From an uncultured Actinomycetes bacterium (GTDB lineage: Bacteria > Actinomycetota > Thermoleophilia > RBG-16-64-13), in NCBI GenBank assembly GCA_963814415.1, contig CAWFCN010000002.1, forward strand, positions 487,111-551,110: a stretch of DNA of 64,000 nt, written 5' to 3'. Shown here in pieces: positions 9,931 through 19,434 of the stretch; position 1 is the first letter of the stretch; each line of letters starts with the position of its first letter. The notes below the pieces were generated by a model. It did no database searches. It had not been told where the DNA came from and saw nothing but the letters and a program-made list of their open reading frames with translations. A program made the position numbers and the translations under genes.

Positions 9931-10337
9931 TACTTCACCCCCAGGCCGTTAATGAGATAGTCAAAGGCCACGTAGGCGAAGAACACGAGGCAGATCACGG
10001 CGACGGCCATACAGACCCAGAAGGTCGCCTTGTGCTGCTTGATCCCGACACCGAAGTCCATCAACACGATGCGCACGCCGTTCAGCGCGTGATAGAGCAC
10101 TGCCCAAACCAAAAGCAGGTCCAGCAGGATGGCTATCGGGCTCTCGAAGAATTCCATTATCGAATTGAGAGTCTCGCCATTCTCACCGAAACGGGCTGTG
10201 GAGATGACGCCGATGTGGACGAACAGATAGAAGACCAGCACCAGGCCGCTTATCCGGAAGAGCACCCAGGCCCACATGCCCGTCGCCTTCCAGAGACCGG
10301 CCCCCACGTTGGCCGTCTCGCGAGGTTTACCGCTCAA
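9930..10337 (-). CDS. sdhC: Succinate dehydrogenase cytochrome b subunit
   Basis: 135 aa, 3 TM with HALNGVRIV-type His. Start may be internal (MWAWVLF). Confidence 0.6.
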   Translation of the reverse strand: MSGKPRETANVGAGLWKATGMWAWVLFRISGLVLVFYLFVHIGVISTARFGENGETLNSIMEFFESPIAILLDLLLVWAVLYHALNGVRIVLMDFGVGIKQHKATFWVCMAVAVICLVFFAYVAFDYLINGLGVK

Positions 10338-10894
10338 GAGTCTCCCTTCCTTTCGTACTTCTTGCGACCTTCTACGTAGAGGTCGCCTCCGTACATGTCG
10401 TTTATCACCACCACGGGGAATTCCTTGACTTCGAGCTCTCGTATAGCTTCGGCCCCGAGATCATCGTAGGCAACCACCTTGGCCGAGACTATACGCTGCG
10501 CGAGCAGGGCGCCGGCGCCCCCGGTCGCGCCCAGGTACACGGCCTTGTCACGCTTGAGCGCCTCTCTCACGGCTTCATTGCGCGAGCCCTTGCCGATCAT
10601 GCCCTTCAGACCTAGCGCGGTGAGCTTGGGCGAGTATATGTCCATGCGACCCGAGGTGGTCGGTCCGGCGGAGCCGATCGCTTCGCCCGGCTTGGGGGGG
10701 GTGGGGCCGACAAAGTAGATGATCTGGCCTCTGAGGTCCACAGGCAGCGGCTCGCCCTTGTCTATCAGTTCGACCAGGCGTTTGTGCGCTGCGTCGCGAC
10801 CTGTGTAGATGATGCCCGTTATGAGTAGACGATCTCCAGCGTGCAGACTTTCGATCACCTCGTCGGTGATAGGAGTGGTGACAACGCGGTCCAT
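10334..10894 (-). CDS. Class I (Fe-S) fumarate hydratase / tartrate dehydratase beta subunit
   Basis: Fe-S hydro-lyase beta-type domain (GDRLLITGIIYTGRDAAHKRL..GPTPPKPGEAIG). Start MDRVV at 10894 overlaps the alpha-subunit stop (TAATG). Confidence 0.7.
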   Translation of the reverse strand: MDRVVTTPITDEVIESLHAGDRLLITGIIYTGRDAAHKRLVELIDKGEPLPVDLRGQIIYFVGPTPPKPGEAIGSAGPTTSGRMDIYSPKLTALGLKGMIGKGSRNEAVREALKRDKAVYLGATGGAGALLAQRIVSAKVVAYDDLGAEAIRELEVKEFPVVVINDMYGGDLYVEGRKKYERKGDS

Positions 10895-11739
10895 TACAGC
10901 ACCGCCTCCTTGTGACGAGCCGAGTGACATTGCACGTTCACCGCGACGGGCATACTGGCGATGTGACAGGGCAGCTCTTCTATGAAGACATCGATCACGG
11001 TGGTTGTGCCGCCCAGACCGGCCGGTCCTATGCCCAGAGCGTTGCAGCGCTTCTCTAGTTCGTCCTCCAACTCGGCTAGGCGGGGTTCGGGGTTGGTCGA
11101 GCCCACTTCGCGGAGCAGAGAGTGCTTTGCCATATAGGCGGCCTTCTCAAAAGTTCCGCCCAACCCCACACCCACGATTATTGGGGGACAGGGGTTCGGA
11201 CCGGCTTTGCTGACGGTGTCGACTATGAAGTCGATGGCGCCCTGCCGACCCTGGGACGGCTTGAGCATCCCGATGGCGCTCATGTTCTCCGCGCCGCCGC
11301 CCTTGGGGGCCACGATCACTCGCACTTTGCCGCCCGGCACGATGCGGGTATGCAGCATGGCGGGGGTGTTGTCGGTGGTGTTCTTTCGGGCTCCGATTGG
11401 ATCGGCTGCCGCGGACTTGCGCAAGAAGCCTTCGGCATAGCCCCGGCGGACGCCCTCGTCCACGGCTTCCTCGAGGCTACCGCCCACCAAGTGGACGTCT
11501 TGGCCCACTTCTAGGAACACGACCGCTAGGCCTGTGTCTTGGCACAGCGGGCGGTTGGTGTCCTTAGCAAGCTTGGCGTTCTCCAGAAGCTGGGAAAGGA
11601 TGTCGCGACCAGTCTCCGACTCCTCCCGCTTCAAAGCCTTCTCGAAAAAGGCCACCACATCGTCGCCCAGGTAGTTGCAGGCGTCGATCGCCAGTTTGGC
11701 GACCGCCTCGGTAACCCGCGCGACATCCAGTTCCCTCAC
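10894..11739 (-). CDS. Class I (Fe-S) fumarate hydratase / tartrate dehydratase alpha subunit
   Basis: Fe-S hydro-lyase alpha-type catalytic domain with Cys ligands (CQDTG...). GTG start at 11739 with GGGAGGA RBS; the ORF-track start 11862 is probably too long. Confidence 0.7.
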   Translation of the reverse strand: MRELDVARVTEAVAKLAIDACNYLGDDVVAFFEKALKREESETGRDILSQLLENAKLAKDTNRPLCQDTGLAVVFLEVGQDVHLVGGSLEEAVDEGVRRGYAEGFLRKSAAADPIGARKNTTDNTPAMLHTRIVPGGKVRVIVAPKGGGAENMSAIGMLKPSQGRQGAIDFIVDTVSKAGPNPCPPIIVGVGLGGTFEKAAYMAKHSLLREVGSTNPEPRLAELEDELEKRCNALGIGPAGLGGTTTVIDVFIEELPCHIASMPVAVNVQCHSARHKEAVL

Positions 11740-11888
11740 TTGTCCTCCCTGGATCGGTGTGGAATGAAACGATATATGTATACCAAAAACACGCTCGATG
11801 CGTACGATTCTCTCCGGTACACTAGAGGCCGCGACGACGCCGTCGTCGCGATGTGAAGCCATGCACAGTTACGGGACTCGAGGGGTTC

Positions 11889-12860
11889 ATGCGCGTTCTC
11901 TCCGGTATTCAGCCTTCGGGCAGGCCTCATTTGGGCAACTACTTCGGCGCCTTGCGCCAGTATATATCCCTCCAGGAGGGCAACGACCCCTTCTACTTCA
12001 TAGCCAGCTATCACGCTCTTACCGCTGTCCAAGATCCTGAGCTGATGCGTGAGTACACGATTGGTGTGGCCCTGGACTTCCTCGCGTTGGGCCTCGACCC
12101 AGCAAAGAGTGCTCTCTTCGCCCAGCAGGACGTGCCGGAGGTCACAGAGCTGGCCTGGATGCTCTCCTGTGTTACACCGATGGGTCTCCTGGAACGAGCG
12201 GTAAGCTACAAGGACAAAGTCGCCCAGGGGCTCGCGCCCAATCACGGTCTGTTCGCCTATCCCGTACTCCAAGCAGCGGATATCCTCATCTACCTATCTG
12301 AGATCGTCCCGGTGGGGCAGGACCAGAAACAGCACCTTGAGATCACGAGAGATATCGCCGGCAAGTTCAACCAGCAGTTCGGCGAAGTCTTCGTCCTTCC
12401 GGAGCCCTACATCCTGGACTCCACGGCTGTTGTCCCCGGCCTCGACGGACGCAAGATGTCCAAGAGCTACGGGAATGAGATAGGCATCTTCGACGAGGGT
12501 AAGGAACTAAAGAAGAAGATCATGTCCGTCGTCACCGACTCAGCGCCGGTGGACGCACCAAAAGACCCCGCGCAGTCGACCCCCTTCCAACTCTTGAGCC
12601 TTCTCGCCTCGGCTGATGAGACAGCTGAGTGGGAGACGAGGTACAAGAAGGGCGGCATGGGCTACGGCGAGGTCAAGACCCGCCTGCTGCAGCTGGTGGA
12701 CGAACACTTTGCTCCATACCGGGAGCGCCGCCGCGAACTGGCGGCCTCACCCGACTTTGTCATGGACGTACTCAAGGAGGGTGGAGCCCGCGCCCGAGCG
12801 GTGGCCCAAGAGGTCATGCACAAGGCCCGGGAGGCCACCGGGCTCACGACCACCTACTGA
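11889..12860 (+). CDS. trpS: Tryptophan--tRNA ligase
   Basis: Class I aaRS motifs: GIQPSGRPHLGNY (HIGH-like) and KMSKS (GRKMSKSYGN). Confidence 0.85.
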   Translation: MRVLSGIQPSGRPHLGNYFGALRQYISLQEGNDPFYFIASYHALTAVQDPELMREYTIGVALDFLALGLDPAKSALFAQQDVPEVTELAWMLSCVTPMGLLERAVSYKDKVAQGLAPNHGLFAYPVLQAADILIYLSEIVPVGQDQKQHLEITRDIAGKFNQQFGEVFVLPEPYILDSTAVVPGLDGRKMSKSYGNEIGIFDEGKELKKKIMSVVTDSAPVDAPKDPAQSTPFQLLSLLASADETAEWETRYKKGGMGYGEVKTRLLQLVDEHFAPYRERRRELAASPDFVMDVLKEGGARARAVAQEVMHKAREATGLTTTY

Positions 12861-12862
12861 CG

Positions 12863-13474
12863 GTGGAACTGTTCGACCTGACTCAACCTCTCGGGCCGGA
12901 CCTTCCTATCCAACCCGGCGATCCGCCACTGACCCTCCTGCGCACCTCGTCTCACGAGATCCATGGGTACGAGGTGACCCAAGTTTGCATGGGGTCTCAT
13001 ACCGGCACACACGTGGACGCACCCCGGCACTTTTATCCCCAGGCTGCGACGCTCGACCACTACTCGCTTGACCGATTCATAGGGCCCGGCGTGGTGCTCG
13101 ACTGCCGCTCGACGACGGACGCAGAGACCGGCGAAGGAGTGGCGGAGCAACTGCGCCGTTTCTCGTTCCCAAGCGGCGGTTCAGTGCTGCTCTGGACAGA
13201 GGGTGCTCTCGTGACCCTGGAGACCGCCTGCCTCCTGATCAGGGCTGGGACGAGGCTGGTGGGCACAGACGCTCCGAGCCTGGACGAGGAGCCCTACCCG
13301 GTGCACCGCTACCTCTTGGCTAGTGACGTACTCATCGTCGAGAACCTATGGGGCCTGGCCCGTCTCGGTGCGGGGCCAGTCAACTGCGCCTTCCTACCCT
13401 TGGCATTGGTGGGAACGGATGCCGCCCCCTTGAGAGCGGTAGCTTGGCGTACTACTGAGTCGGAGCAAGCGTAG
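12863..13474 (+). CDS. Putative cyclase / arylformamidase (KynB-like) family protein
   Basis: HTGTHVDAPRHF motif typical of the cyclase family. GTG start 2 nt after the trpS stop; start uncertain. Confidence 0.55.
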   Translation: MELFDLTQPLGPDLPIQPGDPPLTLLRTSSHEIHGYEVTQVCMGSHTGTHVDAPRHFYPQAATLDHYSLDRFIGPGVVLDCRSTTDAETGEGVAEQLRRFSFPSGGSVLLWTEGALVTLETACLLIRAGTRLVGTDAPSLDEEPYPVHRYLLASDVLIVENLWGLARLGAGPVNCAFLPLALVGTDAAPLRAVAWRTTESEQA

Positions 13475-14102
13475 CGGAGGTCTCCGCGGTAGTACTGGTC
13501 TCCATGGGTATGCCGACGAGAGTCGTGGTGACCTCGCCCACACCTTGACCCTTTGTGCTGGCATTGAAGGAGATGAGTCCCGAGTGCCACGCGGGGGTGT
13601 AGATGAGAGTCGGCTCTGCTCCGGTGGCCCCTCGGAAAGTCAAGACCAGGTCGATCGAGGTGCCGTATATGATGCTTCGGGGAGCGGGGCCGGACCGAGT
13701 GCGCTCCAGGGTGCTGATAGTGTTGCCTATGCGACAGACGAAGTCCTCGGGATCGATTCGCAGCGGGAACTGGCCTCGGTTCTCGACGCGGACATAAGCT
13801 TGGTAGAAGGTCACGCCAGCCGCCGGGGCCACGAGAGCCTCGTCGCTGAGCTTCTGAGCGGGAGAGACTGGCTGGAAAGCCGCTTGGAGCGAGTTGACCG
13901 TGATGACGGCGTCTCCGACAGACAGGCTGGCGTTGGGGCCGACGCCTCCACTGACGTCGCCCGAAGAGCCGCCACTCGAGAGGGCGGAGCCCGACCGGGT
14001 TCCTGTCGAGCCGCAGGCCGACGCTCCAAAGACGCAGACGACCGCCAAAGCGATCAACGCAATTCCGCGCCAGAGGGCGCGCCTGCTCTTGATCCCTGTC
14101 AT
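13452..14102 (-). CDS. Secreted lipoprotein, DUF4352-like (family number recalled from memory)
   Basis: Signal peptide with a lipobox (VFGASAC), a Gly/Ser-rich linker and a beta-rich domain with YVRVENRG. Confidence 0.5.
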   Translation of the reverse strand: MTGIKSRRALWRGIALIALAVVCVFGASACGSTGTRSGSALSSGGSSGDVSGGVGPNASLSVGDAVITVNSLQAAFQPVSPAQKLSDEALVAPAAGVTFYQAYVRVENRGQFPLRIDPEDFVCRIGNTISTLERTRSGPAPRSIIYGTSIDLVLTFRGATGAEPTLIYTPAWHSGLISFNASTKGQGVGEVTTTLVGIPMETSTTAETSATLAPTQ

Positions 14103-14149
14103 GTTGACTGCCTCCTCATTCCCATACGCAGTCAGTATATCCTCTACCT

Positions 14150-15073
14150 ATGCACGGACGAGTCCGAGTGGGCACGTGTTCCTGGACCGACCCCACCATG
14201 GTGCGGGCCTGGTACCCCGCGTCGGCGCGAACCGCCGAGGATAGGCTCCGCTACTACGCAAGCCTGTTCGACACCGTCGAGGTCGACTCGAGCTTCTACG
14301 GCCTACCCACTGCCGCGACAGCGACCGCCTGGGCCGAGCGGACCCCGGCCGACTTCACCTTCCATATCAAAGCTTTTGCCATGATGACTCGTCACGGCGT
14401 GCGACCAGAACAACTGCCTGCGGTCCTGCGGGCGAGCCATGGGTACGAGCTGGATCGGCAAGGCCGCGTCATCCACCCGTCGGTGGAGCTCAGAGAAGAG
14501 GTATTCAACCTCTTCGTCTCAGCCTTGGAGCCCCTGCGTGCTCAGGGCAAGCTCGGTCTTGTGCTCATGCAGTTCCCCCCATATTTCGATGCCAACGCGT
14601 CCAACCGGGACTACGTGTCCTACAGCGTCGGCCTTCTGACGCCGCTTAGGGCGGCCGTGGAGTTCAGGCACGCCTCATGGTTGCAGGGGGAAGCCGCCAC
14701 CCACACCCTAGGCTTGCTGACCGACCTCGGCGCCGCCTACGTTTGCGTCGACGAACCCCAGGTGGAGGCGGCCAACGTGCTACCCCCCCTGGCCGCCGTA
14801 ACCGCCGACACGGCCTACGTGCGCTTCCACGGACGAAACAGCACAACTTGGAACGTGCGCACCAGTTCCGCGGCGGAGAGGTTCAAATACCTCTACTCGC
14901 TTGGTGAACTGGAGGAGTGGGTGCAGCCCGTCCGCCACTTGACGGAGCAGGCCACCACCACCTACTTGATGTTTAACAACTGTTTCGCCGACTACGCGCC
15001 CAAGAACGCCCAGCAGATGCTCACGCTGTTCGACGACCTCGACGGGGTACCGCCCAGCAGCCCACCAGAATAG
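14150..15073 (+). CDS. DUF72 (UPF0759) family protein
   Basis: Conserved N-terminus VRVGTCSWTD...WYPA...LRYYASLFDTVEVDSSFYGLP. Confidence 0.75.
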   Translation: MHGRVRVGTCSWTDPTMVRAWYPASARTAEDRLRYYASLFDTVEVDSSFYGLPTAATATAWAERTPADFTFHIKAFAMMTRHGVRPEQLPAVLRASHGYELDRQGRVIHPSVELREEVFNLFVSALEPLRAQGKLGLVLMQFPPYFDANASNRDYVSYSVGLLTPLRAAVEFRHASWLQGEAATHTLGLLTDLGAAYVCVDEPQVEAANVLPPLAAVTADTAYVRFHGRNSTTWNVRTSSAAERFKYLYSLGELEEWVQPVRHLTEQATTTYLMFNNCFADYAPKNAQQMLTLFDDLDGVPPSSPPE

Positions 15074-15091
15074 GCCGGCGCCCGACTGACG

Positions 15092-16444
15092 TCAGATCTT
15101 TGGGAGGCGCTTCATGGCCTCCTTGATCTTCTCCTCGGGGTAGGCGTAGTCCTCAAGCTTGCCGTCAAAGTAGTTGTCGTAGGCCGCCATGTCGAAGTGC
15201 CCATGACCACTCAGGTTGAAGAGGATGTTCTTGGCTTCGCCCGTCCGCTTGCACTCTTCCGCCAATTGCCTCACGGCCGCGATGGCATGATTGCTCTCGG
15301 GCGCCGGGATTATTCCTTCGGACCGAGCGAAGCTGACGCCGGCGGTGAAGACGTCGGTCTGCATGACCGATACTGCCTCGACCAGACCGAGATGATAGGC
15401 ATGCGAAACCATGGGTGCCATTCCGTGATACCTGAGGCCGCCGGCGTGGATACCGGGAGGCACGAAGTCATGGCCTAGAGTGTCCATCTTGACAAGCGGC
15501 GTAAGCTTGGCCGTGTCTCCGTAGTCGAAGGCGTAAGCACCTTTGGTCATGCTCGGGCAGGCGGCTGGTTCGACCGCTATGCAGCGAGTCTTCTTGCCCT
15601 TTGTGATGTTCTCGCCGACGAAGGGGAAGGCTATGCCTGCAAAGTTCGATCCTCCGCCCACACAACCCACAACGAAGTCAGGGTAGGCGTCGGCCAGAGC
15701 CATCTGCTCCAACGCCTCTTGCCCGATCACCGTTTGATGCAGCAGGACATGGCTCAGCACCGAGCCCAAGGCGTAGTGCGTGTCGTCGCGCTGAGCGGCG
15801 ACTTCCACCGCCTCGCTGATGGCAATACCCAGGCTACCTGGGGAGTCTGGGTCTTCAGCCAAGACGGCACGACCGCTGGCTGTCGTGTCTGAGGGGCTGG
15901 GGATTACCTCCGCGCCCCAAACACGGATCATGCTGCGGCGGTATGGCTTCTGGTGATACGAAACCTTGACCATGTAGACGAGGCACTCCATGCCCATCAG
16001 CTGGCAGGCCAGCGATAGCGCGGAGCCCCACTGCCCGGCACCGGTCTCGGTGGTGAGCTTGGTTATGCCCTCCTGCTTGTTGTACCAGGCCTGCGCGATA
16101 GCCGTGTTGGGCTTGTGTGAGCCTGCGGGGCTGGCACCTTCATACTTGTAGTAGATCTTGGCTGGTGTGCCTAGGACCTTCTCCCACCGCGCTGCCCGCA
16201 ACAAGGGAGTAGGCCTCCAGAGCCGATAGATGTCGCGCACTTCCTCCGGGATGTCTATCATCCGCTCCGCTGACATCTCCTGCATTATCAGACCCATCGG
16301 AAAGAGTGGGGCCAGATCGTCAGGGCCTGCCGGCTGAAGCGTGCCGGGGTGCAGGGGCGGGGGCGGGGGAACGGTTAGATCAGCCGCGAGGTTGTACCAG
16401 GCGGTCGGTATTCTGTCCTCGGGCAGAAGGAACTTGGTGGTCAT
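15092..16444 (-). CDS. trpB: Tryptophan synthase beta chain, TrpB2 type (stand-alone)
   Basis: N-terminus [19 protein letters not shown], a PLP-binding lysine region and long TrpB2-type insertions. Start taken at internal ATG 16444. Confidence 0.85.
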   Translation of the reverse strand: MTTKFLLPEDRIPTAWYNLAADLTVPPPPPLHPGTLQPAGPDDLAPLFPMGLIMQEMSAERMIDIPEEVRDIYRLWRPTPLLRAARWEKVLGTPAKIYYKYEGASPAGSHKPNTAIAQAWYNKQEGITKLTTETGAGQWGSALSLACQLMGMECLVYMVKVSYHQKPYRRSMIRVWGAEVIPSPSDTTASGRAVLAEDPDSPGSLGIAISEAVEVAAQRDDTHYALGSVLSHVLLHQTVIGQEALEQMALADAYPDFVVGCVGGGSNFAGIAFPFVGENITKGKKTRCIAVEPAACPSMTKGAYAFDYGDTAKLTPLVKMDTLGHDFVPPGIHAGGLRYHGMAPMVSHAYHLGLVEAVSVMQTDVFTAGVSFARSEGIIPAPESNHAIAAVRQLAEECKRTGEAKNILFNLSGHGHFDMAAYDNYFDGKLEDYAYPEEKIKEAMKRLPKI

Positions 16445-16756
16445 GCCTTCCCTGCCTTTTGTCCTCGTGTTTGGCGTGCAGCTATGCAAAGTAACACAGG
16501 AGCAGGCAAGATGCATCGGCTACAGGGGGTCGGGTATGCTACTAGTTGCGGCACAAGGCTGCTGCAAGCCAAGGCAGTGATGATGGTCCCCCTCCGTCAG
16601 CTCACACCGGATTCCCTGGACTTCGTCCTCCTCTCTTTCGAGGGCCTGGACGAGTGCTCCATGGCAGTCGAACAAGGACGCTTTGCTCCTCACGTGGTAG
16701 CTTGACTGTCCGTGTAGGCCCAAAGCGAGCAACCGCTCAGGAGTTTCACAGCTAGC

Positions 16757-18040
16757 ATGAACAGCAAAAAAGCAAGGGGGAGCCAGAGACGGACCCCGGA
16801 CCGCTCCAGGCCTGCCGCACGGACTCCTAGCCCCAGGATCGCGAACACTCGCCCCAAGCCCGCACGTCCCGCGCCGAGTCCTCCCGCCTCAGCGTTGACT
16901 CCTGAAGCTCTCCTGGCCCTCTACAGGCCGGATCTTGCCGTCGTTCTCAGTGGGAACGGTTCCCCCTCCTACCGACACGGTCAGGTTCTCGAGCACCTTA
17001 TGCGCCCCGGCACACGAGCCTTTGCGGAGGCCACCCCACTCCCCGGGGAGACTAGGACTCTCCTGGACGCCGCGAGGGCGAGTACCCTCGAACTTGCCGG
17101 TCAAAGAACAGCGACCGATGGAACGGTCAAGCTTCTCCTCGCTTGTCGCGATGGCGCTCTCATAGAAACGGTACTAATGCCCTACCAAAGGCGCACCACG
17201 GTGTGCGTCTCCAGCCAGGCGGGTTGCCCCGTTGGATGTGGTTTCTGCGCCACCGGCGCAGGCGGGTTCCGGCGCAACCTGACGGTCGCTGAGATAGTGG
17301 ACCAGGTGCGCATGACCGCGGCTCTAGCCGGCGAGATTGGCAAGCGTCTGTCAAATGTCGTGTACATGGGCATGGGTGAACCTCTTCTGAATCTGCAGGC
17401 AGTGCTCGCCTCTATTCGGGTGCTCACACATCCGCGCGGGATGGCACTGGGTCACCGCTCTCTTTCGGTATCTACGATAGGAATACCCGCGGGCATTTTG
17501 AAGTTGGGCCACGCTGAGCCCCAAGTCAACCTTGCACTCTCACTACACGCGTCGTCCGACCACACGCGCGAGTTGCTTGTCCCGCCTCGGCACAGGCATT
17601 CTCTTGACGAGATCTTGACTGCCGCGTGGGAGCACTTTGCCATGACCCGTCGCAAGTTGATGGTGGAATATGTGCTGCTGCGTGGGGTCAACGACTCGAC
17701 CGACGACGCTCGGCGGTTGGCGGCGCTCTTGCGTGGTCACGTGGTCACCGTCAACTTGCTCTCATGGAACCCCGTACGTACAGATGGTGGCCCTAGTCGC
17801 ACGGTCTCATCTCGGCGAGCGGAAGCCCGTGAAGAACGTCGCCCGGCGTTCTTTCCCTCTCCTCCAGCTGCCGTCGCTGCTTTTCGAGACACCCTGGCCG
17901 ACGCCAAGATCGAAGTCACCGTGCGTGAGAGTCGGGGGGCAGACATCGAAGCCGCCTGCGGGCAACTAGCGGGAAGGCAGGCGTCGTACTGCGTGGGGGT
18001 GGATCAACCGCAAGCGTCACGGTCTGATGGTCTTACCTAG
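16757..18040 (+). CDS. rlmN: 23S rRNA m2A2503 / tRNA m2A37 methyltransferase RlmN (radical SAM)
   Basis: CVSSQAGCPVGCGFCATG radical-SAM cluster motif and C-terminal GADIEAACGQL. N-terminal ~45 aa Pro/Arg-rich extension; true start uncertain. Confidence 0.8.
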   Translation: MNSKKARGSQRRTPDRSRPAARTPSPRIANTRPKPARPAPSPPASALTPEALLALYRPDLAVVLSGNGSPSYRHGQVLEHLMRPGTRAFAEATPLPGETRTLLDAARASTLELAGQRTATDGTVKLLLACRDGALIETVLMPYQRRTTVCVSSQAGCPVGCGFCATGAGGFRRNLTVAEIVDQVRMTAALAGEIGKRLSNVVYMGMGEPLLNLQAVLASIRVLTHPRGMALGHRSLSVSTIGIPAGILKLGHAEPQVNLALSLHASSDHTRELLVPPRHRHSLDEILTAAWEHFAMTRRKLMVEYVLLRGVNDSTDDARRLAALLRGHVVTVNLLSWNPVRTDGGPSRTVSSRRAEAREERRPAFFPSPPAAVAAFRDTLADAKIEVTVRESRGADIEAACGQLAGRQASYCVGVDQPQASRSDGLT

Positions 18041-18558
18041 TACTCGATACCCCTGCGGGCAGGAACGCCCTGATCAAAGGCGTGTTTTACACTGCGCATC
18101 TCGGTGACCGTGTCGGCACGCTCCATCAGTTCCGGCGGCGCGTTCCGACCAGTTATGATCACAGACAGTCGCGGGGGCCTCTCTCCCAGAAGTGCTACTA
18201 CGTCCTGAACCGGGATGTAGCCCTCGGCTATCGCGCAGGTGAGTTCGTCCAGGACAAGCAGATCGTACCGGTCAGATAGAGAAAGGTCGCGCGAGAGCCT
18301 CCATGCCTCCTCGGCCAGCGCTCGGCACTCGCCAGGGTCCTCCGCCATCCACGTGAAGCCTGAACCTATGCGCGTTACTTCGACGTTCTCAAGACCGCTG
18401 AGTGCCTTTGCCTCGCCGTAGTCCCAGTTCCCTTTGATGAACTGCACCACGGCGACCTTGAGACCATGCCCTGCGGCTCGCACCACCGCCCCGAACGCCG
18501 CGGTAGTCTTGCCCTTGCCGTCACCCGTGTAGACGATGACCCTACCCTGACCAAGCAT
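18037..18558 (-). CDS. cobA: Cob(I)yrinic acid a,c-diamide adenosyltransferase (CobA/CobO/BtuR family)
   Basis: P-loop YTGDGKGKTTAAFG, VAVVQFIKG and DYGE motifs. Confidence 0.75.
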   Translation of the reverse strand: MLGQGRVIVYTGDGKGKTTAAFGAVVRAAGHGLKVAVVQFIKGNWDYGEAKALSGLENVEVTRIGSGFTWMAEDPGECRALAEEAWRLSRDLSLSDRYDLLVLDELTCAIAEGYIPVQDVVALLGERPPRLSVIITGRNAPPELMERADTVTEMRSVKHAFDQGVPARRGIEY

Positions 18559-18666
18559 GCTCTCTGCAGGCCTCCTCTGCACTTGCGCGCCTCGCGCTCT
18601 TGCTCAGCGCCGATCCCAAGACTCGTCGGCCGCAAGGAAGAGCGCCGGGCCGTGCCGGTATCCCGG

Positions 18667-19074
18667 CTAGTCCTTGGAGGGGTTGCTCGGCGCCACCTTG
18701 TTGCCGCTTGCTCCACCCGGACGACCCGGGGTGAGATCACCGGACATCGCGCCCAAAGAACCAGCAGAGGCGACCAAGGCCAGCATGACATCCGGTGCGA
18801 ACGGCGCCAGGACAACCGTGAGCTTGTCGAACTCGATCCTCATGGCGTCAAGGTACCCCGCTTGAACCTGGAGACCGAATCGCTGCACGGTGGATACCGT
18901 GTCTATTGCCAGGGCAGCTATGCTGGCGGTATCGACTCCGTCTCGCGCGGCGCGGCTGATCACCAGTCCTTGGTCCGACACCAGGAGCGCGGCCTGCATG
19001 CCCGGAATGGCTAGGTACTCCGCGAGCGCCGCCCTAAGCGGATTGTCTTGCTGGGCTTCGGCTTGCTCTTCCAC
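18667..19074 (-). CDS. Roadblock/LC7 (MglB-like) domain protein
   Basis: 135 aa; LLVSDQGLVISRA...AALAIDTVST pattern typical of Roadblock/LC7. Confidence 0.5.
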   Translation of the reverse strand: MEEQAEAQQDNPLRAALAEYLAIPGMQAALLVSDQGLVISRAARDGVDTASIAALAIDTVSTVQRFGLQVQAGYLDAMRIEFDKLTVVLAPFAPDVMLALVASAGSLGAMSGDLTPGRPGGASGNKVAPSNPSKD

Positions 19075-19389
19075 TCAGACCTCCTCGTTGATCCCAGCTT
19101 GAGAGAACTGCGCCCTCAACAGGGCGAGGGCGCGGTCCGCATGCGCTCGATCTGAATAGCAGATAGCCAGTCCCCCGGCTTGCGCGGCGATCTCGGAGAC
19201 GAACATCCCACTACGTTCGGGTATCGGATCGTCCGCCGCCATGGGGAGCAGGCCTTCAGTTGGCCAAGACACCATGGAATCGCCCGAAAGAAACAACTCG
19301 TTCGTCTCCGTCCGGCTGAGGGTGACCCTCACCGACACCTTCCAGCGCCCCGGTCCACCATCCTGGATGATTGCTGTCGAATAGCCCAT
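19075..19389 (-). CDS. Hypothetical protein, co-oriented and adjacent to the Roadblock gene
   Basis: 104-aa ORF with a 0-nt gap to the upstream gene; no recognised motif. Confidence 0.35.
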   Translation of the reverse strand: MGYSTAIIQDGGPGRWKVSVRVTLSRTETNELFLSGDSMVSWPTEGLLPMAADDPIPERSGMFVSEIAAQAGGLAICYSDRAHADRALALLRAQFSQAGINEEV

Positions 19390-19434
19390 ATCTCCATGTT
19401 ATAGCAAGTCAGCGGCCGGCGTTCCAGGACTCAG

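Noticed and set aside
11740-11888. Possible T-box leader upstream of trpS (AT-rich patch aaacgatatatgtataccaaaaacac)
   Set aside because: The intergenic region is only ~150 nt, and no T-box consensus (AATTAGGGTGGNACCGCG) or specifier/antiterminator arrangement is visible. More likely divergent promoters for fumA and trpS.
13545-14384. 279-aa plus-strand ORF opposite the DUF4352-like lipoprotein gene
   Set aside because: Antisense low-complexity translation. The minus-strand gene has a clear lipoprotein signal and domain.
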